From contig NW_003314368.1 in NCBI RefSeq assembly GCF_000143415.4, positions 206,792 to 270,791 of the forward strand: a DNA stretch of 64,000 bases, written 5' to 3'. Of this stretch, positions 14,501-26,486 are shown piece by piece. This stretch comes from Selaginella moellendorffii (lineage: Eukaryota; Plantae; Lycopodiophyta). Positions within the stretch are counted from its first letter, which is position 1. Every line of letters starts with the position of its first letter. The notes below the pieces were generated by a model. It saw nothing but the letters and a program-made list of their open reading frames with translations. It was not told the origin of the DNA and did no database searches. The translations under genes were made by a program, and so were the position numbers.

Positions 14501-16467
14501 TCACCCACACTCTCAGCTTCTATCACTTGAACCCAAAATGTCTGACATCCCCTTTTAGCTGCTTTTTGAGCGGCCCTCACAGTCAGGAACTTTGCATCCC
14601 AATCCTTTGAGGAACGCTTTTGCAACTGAAAGGATACATCAGGATGTCCTTCTGACTTCAACGTGATACGACTTTGTCCAGCACCATAAATCCCTTTTAT
14701 ATACTTGTTGAAGAAATCCATACCAAACACCATCTGAAAATCTGGTATCTTCAACACTACCAAGTCCACTCTTTCTTTCCACTTGGATATCTTTATTGGA
14801 ACATCACTCACAAACTTTCTGGCTACTTGCCCACCTTCCGCAAACCGGAAGTGCATAGGCGACATTTGCTCAGCATTCAATCCTAACAACTTAACTAAGT
14901 CTTCGGATATCACACTGTGCGTAGCTCCCGTGTCAATCATCACTCGGATTCGGTGTCCACGGACAAAGCCTACCAGATACATCAACGGATCAGTGTTTGC
15001 ATTGACTGCAAGAAAAGCTTGAGGAAAGCAACGAAAGTTACTCACCTCCTCTTCCTCATAGTCTGCATTGACCAACTCGTCAACCCCTTCAGCTTCGCCA
15101 CCACCGTCTTCTCTCATGACATTAACCCGAGACCTTGTCTTATGCTTGTTGGGACATTCCGAGGACCTATGTCCCGACTCTCCACAATGGAAGCAATGAC
15201 CCACACTACCCGTTCCGCTAGGAGCAGGTTTTGTAGGTTGCTGCTGCTTGTACCCACCAGGAGGAGGAACAGAGGGCCTAGGACCAGAAGAAGCTGCTGG
15301 TGGTCTCCAACCACCACCACCTTTATTCACCGTAGCTTGTGAGCCCCCAGGGCGGTACCTACTTTCCACCCTTTGTTTCCGATCACCTTGCCTATTCCCA
15401 GAATTTTTATTCTTGTCCGAGTTACCAGCATACGATTGCTGATATTGTTCTATGAGCGAGTGACTAAAGGCAACTTGCTGTGCTGCCTCTTTACACTCCA
15501 GGTACGTCTTCGGCTTAAACTTCAAAATCTCATTTCGAGAAAGTGAACTTAAACCCTCCAGGAAATAACTCCGAGCATCTTCGTCACTCATATTTGCAAT
15601 CATAATGCGCTTCTGAGCAAACGCATTAACGTAATGCATAAGGTCCCCTCGCTGCTTTAACCGCCGCAGCTCTGCGCGAAGTCTCAGACCAAGATCATCC
15701 GGCAAGTATTCCTTACGGATACGAGACCGCATCTTGGTCCAACTTCTAGTCTGCCCTTTTTCAGCACACACCTGGCGCCACCAAGTTTTGGCATGATCGG
15801 TGAGAAAGGATTGCGCGCACGCAACTTTCGTACGATCATCTACGTCTGCCGCTATGAAGTAGTTCTCCATATCGTAGACCCAGTCTTCCAAAACCTGATA
15901 GTCCCGCATGCCTCTGAAATTGGGTGGTTTCGGAGGCTTGAACTTTGAAACTCGTGCAACCGGGGGCGGCTACAGAACTTCATCGTCCTCAGAACTTGAA
16001 GAGGAGTCCGGTTGCTTAGGCTTAGCTGGTTTAGCTGCCTCAGCTTCTTTCTTCCTTTTCTTGTTCTCCTTCTTCAATTTGCGAATCTCCTTTCGCAAAT
16101 TCTCGATCTCGACTTCCTGAGCCGTACGCTGCAATGCCGCAGCATCTGGCTCATCCTCTTTTGACTCAGCCTCAACCTCTTCCGCAGCATCTCTAATAGG
16201 AGTTTCCTCCTCTCGATTCGCCTGTCTAGAGGTTTCAGCGTCATCAGCACGGTTCCTCTTCACCATCCTGCTAGCTGCATGCATGCCTCTATCAGTAATT
16301 GAACATGCATACAACGTTCTTACCGAATGGTGCAATCCAACTAATCCTACACAGGTCGCTTCGGATCTACTAGAAAAGTCTCTGCGTATGCAACTTGAGT
16401 CAGAAAATCCGACAAAAGTTGGATAGAAATCGCTGAGACAATTCCTCTGATACCAAATGTAGCGCAC
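11551..16467 (-). pseudogene. gag-pol: Gag-Pol copy 2 with an in-frame TAG early in gag
   Basis: Near-identical to copy 1; CAG to TAG at 15970-15972 splits it into 165-aa and 1452-aa ORFs. Confidence 0.9.
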
Positions 16468-17374
16468 CTGAATTTGGAGCCGAACTCCAAGCCCGTTGCG
16501 CTACGAAACGAGGGTCCGGTACAATCCCACGAGCACCAGCTCCCCGTATCCAGCACCTGCACGCAAAATGGTGTCAGACGGAGTCTGGCACAATTTTGGC
16601 ATACCGGTGGCCTAACGCGAGAAGGAGGGTACTCCACCAACTAGAGCAGCGTGGAGCTTGGGCTTAGACCCAAGCCGGACGCAGAACAAGGAGCGACACA
16701 GCCCAGCGGGAGCCAAACTAATGTCTCAGGTGGTCGGACATGCATTCCAACCACTATCCCTACTATACATTTGGAACCCCCCACAGCCCCCCCCCCTTGA
16801 GGGACACACGCTTTGGGCTTTCACCCCAAGCCTCCCTTAGTACCAGGAGTTAGTCTCTGGGACAAGTCCGAAACTTACTAAATATGGAATGTCCTTAGAT
16901 TGCGAATTTGGACATGGGATGAACACCATTGTGTTCAGGCCGATCTCTACATTCCGTAGATATGCCAAATGAGCTAATCTAGACACTTTCCATAAATAGC
17001 ATTTGGGACCAAAATGAGACCAACACAAAAGGCGTGATAGCGAGGGTGTTTGGCAAACACGGTAAGCTATCATCTAGTGAATATTGAGGGACTAGTCTCA
17101 ATATCACGGGGGTTCTTGATACTAGCAAGTGCAAGCCAATGATACGAGTTTCTCAAACCAGGCCGAGTATGCTCAGCAAGAAACACATAGGGTTCCTACC
17201 TTATGTTTATCCAATTTAAGTGCACGATCATTGACCAGTTTCTCAACTAGCTCAAGTGGGAACGATAAAGGGAACCAACTGTACCGACCTTCTGCCGTCA
17301 TGGCAGTAAGGAAAGAGTGTCCGTAAGGACTAGCCGACAAGTATCTTTCGATACCCGAAGTCACATTCGCGACA
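16458..17374 (-). repeat. 917-bp LTR shared between copies 2 and 3, with intact PPT alongside
   Basis: Same termini as 10321-11237; PPT at 17375-17385. Confidence 0.95.
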
Positions 17375-17985
17375 CTCTCCCCCCCGTGGAGAAGATCGAC
17401 GTCCTCGTCGATGTATACCCGAGTCTAGCAAACCGTCAAGGAAACAACTTCGAAAGTTAACGGAAAGCACACTATGTGGGAAACACACCGACTTAAATGA
17501 GTTAGGGAACGACCTCTCCTCTACGTCCAAAGACGTTAAGACTCAGACACCCTCCGGCCGTCGCCGACAAGGAAATGACCAACGGAGTTAGCCACCCTTG
17601 CTGCTCTGAGTACCACTCAGCTTACAAAGGAATGATACATCCCTGCCCGCAGGGATATAGGGAGAAGGCCAGAGGCCCAACTGCCCCTGAGCAAGAAATC
17701 AACCCCGTCGGGAAGATTTAGACAACTATTATAAACTGGCAGATTAAGTTGTTTACACGACCACACCCCCTTTTTTTTTTTTTTTTGAAAAGGAGTCATC
17801 GAGAGAGAGGCGGGGACTTGTGATCAGTCTATAATAGGTATCCCCATGGTTATGGATTGGACCCATGCACCGAAGTGCCGAAGTCAGCCTGCCAAAACTG
17901 ACCCAAGTACAATTGATCGAGAGAAACGACACTTTGAGTGATAGAAATATTTTACTTTATTAATTTGCAAGATTTATTACAAAAG

Positions 17986-20900
17986 CTAGTCTTTATTACT
18001 ATTCTCATACTCCGTGACAAGCTCACGAGCATGGGTAAGATTACTAAGAGGTTCCCAAGTTGATTCACAAGTCGGGTAACCTTTCCACTTAACTAAATAT
18101 TCCTTGGAACGACCACCACGAGCTTTGCGGGACAAGAGAATCGCCTCGACCTCATACTCCATATCACCATCCACAACTTCCGGAGGGGGACGAATGTCCA
18201 TAGAGCGATCCGCATTAACACGATATGGTGCCAATAAACTGACATGAAACACATCATGTACATGGGACAACTCATCCGGAAGATCCAACTTATAGGATAC
18301 ATCACCAACTTGTGCCAACACCCGATAGGGTCCAACATATCTCGGCAAGAGCTTCCGAGACAAAGAACCCTTGATGTTCAAGTTCCGGGAAGATAGCCAC
18401 ACCTGATCTCCCACTAGATAGGATACATCCCGACGATGCTGATCCTTATCACGTCGATACCTATCCTGAGCTTTGCCCATCGCCTCGGTAGCTTTAGACC
18501 AACCTTGGCGTAGCTGCTCCGCATAAGTTTCCACGGCTGGGACCAACACTTCGGTCATTGGTTTCGGGACAACGATCTGTTGAGGAACCCCACGAGCATT
18601 CCCTTGCAGCATCTCCCATGGAGAACAGCCTATAGCGCTGTGAAATGTGTTGTTATAACATATTTCTGCCGTATCCAAATGCTCAACCCAGTCGCGTTGG
18701 TCTGCCGCGACATAGTACCGCAGATAATCCTCAACTTGAGCATTCACGCGTTCGGTCTGCCCATCAGTTTGAGGATGATAAGCCGTACTAAACTTCAACT
18801 TGGTACCAAACAACTGGAACAGGGTTCCCCAAAACTTCCCCGTAAACCTCGAATCTCTATCTGAGATCATTTCTTCAGGAAGACCACGAACCCGCACTAC
18901 TTCATGGAAAAAGAGCTTTGCTGCTTGTTTCGCATTTACTGTTCCCACAGTTGGAATGAAGTGTGCAATCTTTGACAACCGATCCACAACCACCATCAAA
19001 GTATCATAACCCTTAGACTTCGGCAAGCAAGTGACGAAATCAAGTGTCACACTTTGAAATGGCCATGCCGGTGCTGGAATGCACTGCAACTTTCCAGCCT
19101 GCTTCTCAGTTCTGCGCTTACATTGCTGGCATACAAGACAGGAACGGACATAGTCCGCTACATCATCTTCCATACCAGACCAGAAAAATCCCTTTTTCAA
19201 TGAAGCCAGAGTCTTTTGCTGTCCACCATGTCCCGCTGCCGGAACATCATGATGTTCCCGCAAAAATAACTGCTGAAGATCCTTAGAGGGAAGATACAAT
19301 CTTTCTTGCTTATAGAATATAAGCCCATCCCGAACTGAGAAGTGAAGTTGCGCATTAGTGCGACTAGCAACTTTTGCTGCTTCGCTACCAGGGCTCTGCT
19401 TCAACAACCCCGCACGGCATAAGATTGCCTTCGCCAATGGATCACTTTCATATGAAGCCCGAACGTCTTCCAACCAGTCCGAACTGATTGCCGATATTGC
19501 CCGGAATTGAGCTTGACGACTCAACGCATCCGGAACAATATTGTCTTTACCAGGTTTATATATGATTTCAATATCATATCTAGCAAGCTTCTCTTGCCAA
19601 CGAGCCTGCTTTGGCGTAAGCTTAGGCTGCGTAGCAAAGTAGCTTAGTGTGTTACTATCTGTATAAACCTTGGTATGCCCACCCAAGTAGTGTCTCCAGT
19701 GTTCCAGGGCCGACACTATAGCAAACATCTCTTTCTCATGCGTTGGCCATCTTCGTTGGGTCTCATCCAATTTCTTGGAATAGAACGCAACGGGACAACC
19801 ATGTCGCCTTAGCGTAACACCAACCGCTTTGTCACAATCTTGCTGCAACACGGCACCAATAGCATAGCCAGATGCATCACAATGCACTTCAAAGGGTTTA
19901 TCAAGATCTGGGATCCTGAGAACAGGAACCGTAGTCAAGATCTCCTTCAACCGTGCAAAAGCACGCTGGCAAGCTGGTGTCCAATGAAACGGAATACTAC
20001 TCTTCGTCAACTCAGTCAACGGAAGAGCAATTCTTGCAAAATTGCGGACAAACTTGCGATAGTATCCCGCCAAACCGAGAAAGGAACGAACATCTGATAC
20101 AGTGGTCGGAACTTCCCAGGACTTCACCGCTTCCACCTTCTTTGGATCGACCTCAATCACGCCACTACCAACTATATGTCCGAGAAAGTTTACGCGCAAT
20201 TGACCAAAAGCGCATTTACTTTCCTTAGCATACAGTTTGTGTTCGCGCAATTTCTGAAACACCAGCTCCAAGTGTTTCAAATGATCCTCCAACGTTTCAC
20301 TAAAGACTAGAACATCGTCGATATACAGGACAACAAATGCATCCAAATAATCTCCGAATATTCTATCCATCATAGTGCTGAACGTTGCCGGAGCATTGCA
20401 TAACCCGAATGGCATGACAAGGAACTCATAAGATCCGTACCGAGTCTTAAAGGCTGTCTTCTCCACATCCTGATCCGCCACCCGTATCTGATGATATCCG
20501 GACCGCAAATCAAGTCGCGTAAAATACTTAGCCTTTAAGAGTTGGTCAAACAAGTCATCAATGCGAGGCAAAGGATAACTGTTTTTAACCGTGATCTTGT
20601 TGAGTGCCCGATAGTCAATACACATCCTCATGGTTCCATCCTTCTTCATAACGAAGAGGACCGGCGCTCCATAAGGTGACTTGCTTGGTCGGACATGACC
20701 TTTGTCAAGAAGCTCCGTGAGTTGCTTCTTGAGTTCAGCCATCTCCTTGATGTTCAACCGATATGGAGCTTTCGTAGGTGGTTTAGAACCCGGAATAATC
20801 TCAATCCGATGATCAACCTCACGGCTAGGAGGTAGCCCTGGCGGCAAATCCTTCGGGAAGATATCCTGATTCCTCGCCAACAACTCCATTAACTCTTGTG

Positions 20901-22902
20901 GTACAGGATCAACCCCGTCACCGATTCGAACCGAGTCACCCACACTCTCAGCTTCCATCACTTGAACCCAAAAGGTCTGACATCCCCTTTTAGCTGCTTT
21001 TTGAGCGGCCCTCGTAGTCAGGAACTTTGCATCCCAATCCTTTGAGGAACGCTTTTGCAACTGAAAGGATACATCAGGATGTCCTTCTGACTTCAACGTG
21101 ATACGACTTTGTCCAGCACCATAAATCCCTTTTATATACTTGTTGAAGAAATCCATACCAAACACCATCTGAAAATCTGGTATCTTCAACACTACCAAGT
21201 CCACTCTTTCTTTCCACTTGGATATCTTTATTGGAACATCACTCACAAACTTTCTGGCTACTTGCCCACCTTCCGCAAACCGGAAGTGCATAGGCGACAT
21301 TTGCTCAGCATTCAATCCTAACAACTTAACTAAGTCTTCAGATATCACGCTGTGCGTAGCTCCCGTGTCAATCATCACTCGGATTCGATGTCCACAGACA
21401 AAGCCTACCAGATACATTAACGGATCAGTGTTTGCATTGACTGCAAGAAAAGCTTGGGGAAAGCAACGAAAGTTACTCACCTCTTCTTCCTCATAGTCTG
21501 CATTGACCAACTCGTCAACCCCTTCAGCTTCGCCACCACCGTCTTCCCTCATGACATTAACCCGAGACCTTGTCTTATGCTTGTTGGGACATTCCGAGGA
21601 CCTATGTCCCGACTCTCCACAATGGAAGCAATGACCCACACTACCCGTTCCGCTAGGAGCAGGTTTTGTAGGTTGCTGCTGCTTGTACCCACCAGGAGGA
21701 GGAACAGAGGGCCTAGGACCAGAAGAAGCTGCTGGTGGTCTCCAACCACCACCACCTTTATTCACCGTAGCTTGTGAGCCCCCAGGGCGGTACCTACTTT
21801 CCACCCTTTGTTTCCGATCACCTTGCCTATTCCCAGAATTTTTATTCTTGTCCGAGTTACCAGCATACGATTGCTGATATTGTTCTATGAGCGAGTGACT
21901 AAAGGCAACTTGCTGTGCTGCCTCTTTACACTCCAGGTACGTCTTCGGCTTAAACTTCAAAATCTCATTTCGAGAAAGTGAACTTAAACCCTCCAGGAAA
22001 TAACTCCGAGCATCTTCATCACTCATATTTGCAATCATAATGCGCTTCTGAGCAAACGCATTAACGTAATGCATAAGGTCCCCTCGCTGCTTTAACCGCC
22101 GCAGCTCTGCGCGAAGTCTCAGACCAAGATCATCCGGCAAGTATTCCTTACGGATACGAGACCGCATCTTGGTCCAACTTCTAGTCTGCCCTTTTTCAGC
22201 ACACACCTGGCGCCACCAAGTTTTGGCATGATCGGTGAGAAAGGATTGCGCGCACGCAACTTTCGTACGATCATCTACGTCTGCCGCTATGAAGTAGTTC
22301 TCCATATCGTAGACCCAGTCTTCCAAAACCTGATAGTCCCGCATGCCTCTGAAATTGGGTGGTTTCGGAGGCTTGAACTTTGAAACTCGTGCAACCGGGG
22401 GCGGCTACAGAACTTCATCGTCCTCAGAACTTGAAGAGGAGTCCGGTTGCTTAGGCTTAGCTGGTTTAGCTGCCTCAGCTTCTTTCTTCCTTTTCTTGTT
22501 CTCCTTCTTCAATTTGCGAATCTCCTTTCGCAAATTCTCGATCTCGACTTCCTGAGCCGTACGCTGCAATGCCGCAGCATCTGGCTCATCCTCTTTTGAC
22601 TCAGCCTCAACCTCTTCCGCAGCATCTCTAATAGGAGTTTCCTCCTCTCGATTCGCCTGTCTAGAGGTTTCAGCGTCATCAGCACGGTTCCTCTTCACCA
22701 TCCTGCTAGCTGCATGCATGCCTCTATCAGTAATTGAACATGCATACAACGTTCTTACCGAATGGTGCAATCCAACTAATCCTACACAGGTCGCTTCGGA
22801 TCTACTAGAAAAGTCTCTGCGTATGCAACTTGAGTCAGAAAATCCGACAAAAGTTGGATAGAAATCGCTGAGACAATTCCTCTGATACCAAATGTAGCGC
22901 AC
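17986..22902 (-). pseudogene. gag-pol: Gag-Pol copy 3 with the same in-frame TAG
   Basis: TAG at 22405-22407; otherwise open, with more substitutions in pol than copies 1 and 2. Confidence 0.9.
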
Positions 22903-23810
22903 CTGAATTTGGAGCCGAACTCCAAGCCTGTTGTGCTACGAAACGAGGGTCCGGTACAATCCCACGAGCACCAGCTCCCCGTATCCAGCACCTGCACGCA
23001 AAATGGTGTCAGACGGAGTCTGGCACAATTTTGGCATACCTGTGGCCTAACGCGAGAAGGAGGGTACTCCACCGACTAGAGCAGCGTGGAGCTTGGGCTT
23101 AGACCCAAGCCGGACGCAGAACAAGGAGCGACACAGCCCAGCGGGAGCCAAACTAATGTCTCAGGTGGTCGGACATGCATTCCAACCACTATCCCTACTA
23201 TACATTTGGAACCCCCCACAGCCCCCCCCCCCTTGAGGGACACACGCTTTGGGCTTTCACCCCAAGCCTCCCTTAGTACCAGGAGTTAGTCTCTGGGACA
23301 AGTCCGAAACTTACTAAATATGGAATGTCCTTAGATTGCGAATTTGGACATGGGATGAACACCATTGTGTTCAGGCCGATCTCTACATTCCGTAGATATG
23401 CCAAATGAGCTAATCTAGACACTTTCCATAAATAGCATTTGGGACCAAAATGAGACCAACACAAAAGGCGTGATAGCGAGGGTGTTTGGCAAACACGGTA
23501 AGCTATCATCTAGTGAATATTGAGGGACTAGTCTCAATATCACGGGGGTTCTTGATACTAGCAAGTGCAAGCCAATGATACGAGTTTCTCAAACCAGGCC
23601 GAGTATGCTCAGCAAGAAACACATAGGGTTCCTACCTTATGTTTATCCAATTTAAGTGCACGGTCATTGACCAGTTTCTCAACTAGCTCAAGTGGGAACG
23701 ATAAAGGGAACCAACTGTACCGACCTCCTGCCGTCATGGCAGTAAGGAAAGAGTGTCCGTAAGGACTAGCCGACAAGTATCTTTCGATACCCGAAGTCAC
23801 ATTCACGACA
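22893..23810 (-). repeat. 5'-most LTR of the trimer, abutting the pol region of a family-B element
   Basis: Ends ...cacgaca at 23810, followed by catgcaaagc, which matches family-B sequence near 30775-30783 in reverse. Confidence 0.9.
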
Positions 23811-26001
23811 CATGCAAAGCAAAAAGAAAAAGAGGTTCTTCATGAAGGAGTTCTTTCATAGTGATTGTGGAGATAGGAGAAGGGGTACGACTAAATGGAA
23901 TGACGAGACGAGGATACTGTCCAGTGTAAGATGGAAGAGAGGAAAAAGAAGAGGATGAAAACTTCGTAGAGTCAGGAACAGAACCCCGACTTGAGTTTAG
24001 GGAACTTTTCCTGATTCGGACTCGATTAACACCAGGGGAAGCCGTGGGAGATGGTGATGGGGGAGAGATGAGCTGTAAGTCCTTCCAACAAATCTGAGGC
24101 TGATGTAGTTGGAACCAAGGAAGACCGAGCACCACAGAGGAGGATTTGCTGTTGATGATGTTGAAGGCGATATCAGTGACGGTGGACCCGATGTGTACTC
24201 GAATGGGCAACGTTTCCCTAAGTCCAGAAGATGGAGACACAAAATGCCCGCCGATGCCTTCAACCCTCAGATCCCGTATGGTAGGAGAAAGAGGAACGTG
24301 ATGTCGGGCAGCAAAGTCCGTGTCCATGAAGCAGGAAGTTGCACCCGAGTCCAGTAGCGCCAAAGCCTTGAGTCCTGATTGTCCGGTGAAAGAAAGGAGA
24401 CATGTGACGCGGAAGTTGCGGGAATTGGTGGTGGCTTTGATGAAAGGTGGTGAGGAGCTTGATAAGGAAGAAAAGTGATTTTTATTTGGGGAGTCCAAAC
24501 AGACAGCTCCTACTCTGTTTGGACAGGGTCGTTTCCCAACTGCAACAGAAGTGGACTTTGAGGCAGAGTGAACTCGAGCAATCGGGGAGGCTTCCTAGGA
24601 CACACAGCTGCTTTGTGATTAGGATCAGCACAGTAGAGGCAAAGATTATGAGATATTCGACGTTGCCTCTCAGCAGGACTCAACTTCCCTCTAATGAGTC
24701 GGGGAGTACCAGAAATATCCATCGGGACCGGAGCAGTAGGTTCAGGACTATGCCCCGAAGACTCAAGCTGGGATTCCTGAGTCTGGGACGGAAAAACAGC
24801 GGCGCGACGACTTTCCTGACGACGTTCAAAGAGACGATTGTCACATCGAATAGCTTTGTTGATGGCGTCCGACAGGTCCTTGGGATCCTCCATGGTGAGC
24901 AACAAATCCTTGACACCGTTGTTGAGGCCGAAACGAAATTGGTCAATCAAGGCCCGCTCATCCCACTGAGTGTCCAAGGCAAGGAGTTAGAACTCTGCAG
25001 CGTAGATCGAGGCAGGACGAGACCCCTGAGAGAGACGTCTCATCTTTGTGGTAGCAGCCCGAACCCGATCCGTCTCGCCAAAACATGCTTCGAGCTTCTC
25101 TTTGAACAATTGAAGATCCATCAGCTCCGGAACCACGACCCCTTTCATGCTCTTCTCTAGAAGAGGAGAAAACCATGACAAAGCTACACCCTCGAGCAAC
25201 GTCCCAATCGCGCCGATTTGAGACTCGGGAGTGGGGTACCGCCGATGTTGAAGTGCAAAGATCAGCTCCATTTGGTTCAAAAATCCACGAAGCTCCGAAC
25301 GCTTGCCTGAAAATTTCGCCGGGAAACTCACCTTCAGTTCAGGAACTTTGCTGGATCCTTGAGCCGAAAGTGAAGCAAGCTCTTGCTGCATGCGAAGAAG
25401 GGTCGCCTTCAGCTCGGTATTCTCAGACTGAATTTTTGCAAGGACTTCGGCAAAGAAATCAGGATGGCTTGGAGACTCCATTGGCAAGAAGAAAGAAAAG
25501 AAAAGGGGAAAAAAGACAAAGGCAATCAAATAATCAAAACGAGCTAAAAGAAAAGCAAAAAACACAATCTGAATCAAACTGTCAAGACCCCCAACAAGAT
25601 CAAGACTGGAAAATGCTAAAGACAAAGAGAAAAAGCTAGTGAAAACAAAGAAGAGGCCTTAGACTGGTGTTGATTCAGATTGTGGAGAAAGGGAACAAGG
25701 CTAACCTATATATACTATAGGTTGATGAAGCTCCACCACTCTTGGATCGAGGACGGCCTAAATACAGCTGAGGTCGAGGAGGCGCCACATCATCATCAGG
25801 AATGTGGCTCGAGACTCAGGAATCGGGAAGTGTCTCGAGACTCAGGAATCGGGAAGTGTCTCGAGAGTCAGGAATAGGGAAGTGTCTCGAGACTCAGGAA
25901 TCGGGAAGTGTCTCGAGAGTCAGGAATAGAGAAGTGTCTCGAGAGTCAGGAATGTGGTCTGCAGGTCAGGAATCCGGCGAGAGTCAGGAATGTGGCAAGA
26001 A
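23811..26001 (-). mobile_element. 5' part of chromovirus family B (Tcn1/Tf1-sushi-like): LTR, gag, protease; truncated by the trimer and the gap
   Basis: Gag FPAKFSGKRSELRGFL...CLYCADPNHKAAVC with a stop at 24987-24989; protease LLDSGAT; LTR from 25580 with 26-bp tandem repeats. Confidence 0.9.
24493..24537 (-). promoter_or_regulatory. Putative -1 ribosomal frameshift signal at the gag-pol junction
   Basis: Slippery G GGA AAC (24531-24537), 6-nt spacer, perfect 11-bp stem gtccaaacaga/tctgtttggac; the -1 frame opens into the protease ORF. Same heptamer at 30056-30062 in the second copy. Confidence 0.85.
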
Positions 26002-26101
26002 NNNNNNNNNNNNNNNNNNNNNNNNNNNNNNNNNNNNNNNNNNNNNNNNNNNNNNNNNNNNNNNNNNNNNNNNNNNNNNNNNNNNNNNNNNNNNNNNNNN
26101 N
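26002..26101. other. Assembly gap (100 N)
   Basis: Run of exactly 100 n; true size unknown. Confidence 0.99.
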
Positions 26102-26486
26102 CTAACTTGAGGCATAGTCTAGCTCTTGCTTGCGTATCTGTCTTTGTTCTACGTCCGGCTTAGGTTTAAGCCCAAATTCCACACCATGTGAGCTGGTGGA
26201 GTACCCATATCCTTGCATTAGACCACTGGTATGCCGAAATAGTGCCAGACTTCATTTGGCTCCGTTTTGCTTGCTAGTCTTGGCATTGGGATGCTGGTTG
26301 CTCTAGGATTGTTCCAAGTCGCTCCGAGCTCCTGTCCCTTCGCTCCTTGGGTTGTATGCTGGGGAGTTACTCCGTGGTCCGGTTCCATCACTCCTTGGCT
26401 CCATGCTTAGGAGTTTGGCACCGTTCATTTGTTCAGTGGCCCAAGGCCCTAAACCTTGGGTTCTGCACCACTATCCTTTGGACACA
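26102..26486 (+). repeat. 3' portion of a sister-family LTR ending ...ggacaca
   Basis: Reverse-complement homolog of 3868-4166. Confidence 0.7.

Larger units (their letters stand above)
4167..23810 (-). mobile_element. Tandem trimer of Ty3/gypsy chromovirus (family A): three internal regions and four shared LTRs
   Basis: LTRs at 4167-4989 (truncated), 10321-11237, 16458-17374 and 22893-23810. PBS (tctgatacca on +) precedes the last three. Canonical PPT ctctccccccc occurs only at 17375-17385. Confidence 0.95.

Noticed and set aside
15970-15972. Programmed stop-codon readthrough in gag
   Set aside because: Copy 1 has CAG at this position and the stop lies upstream of the capsid domain; a C-to-T mutation is simpler.
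5521-22555. Many short antisense or alternate-frame ORFs repeated three times
   Set aside because: They overlap gag-pol and recur only because the element is triplicated.
25800-25990. CRISPR-like regular repeats
   Set aside because: Contiguous 26-bp tandem units inside an LTR, with no unique spacers and no cas genes.
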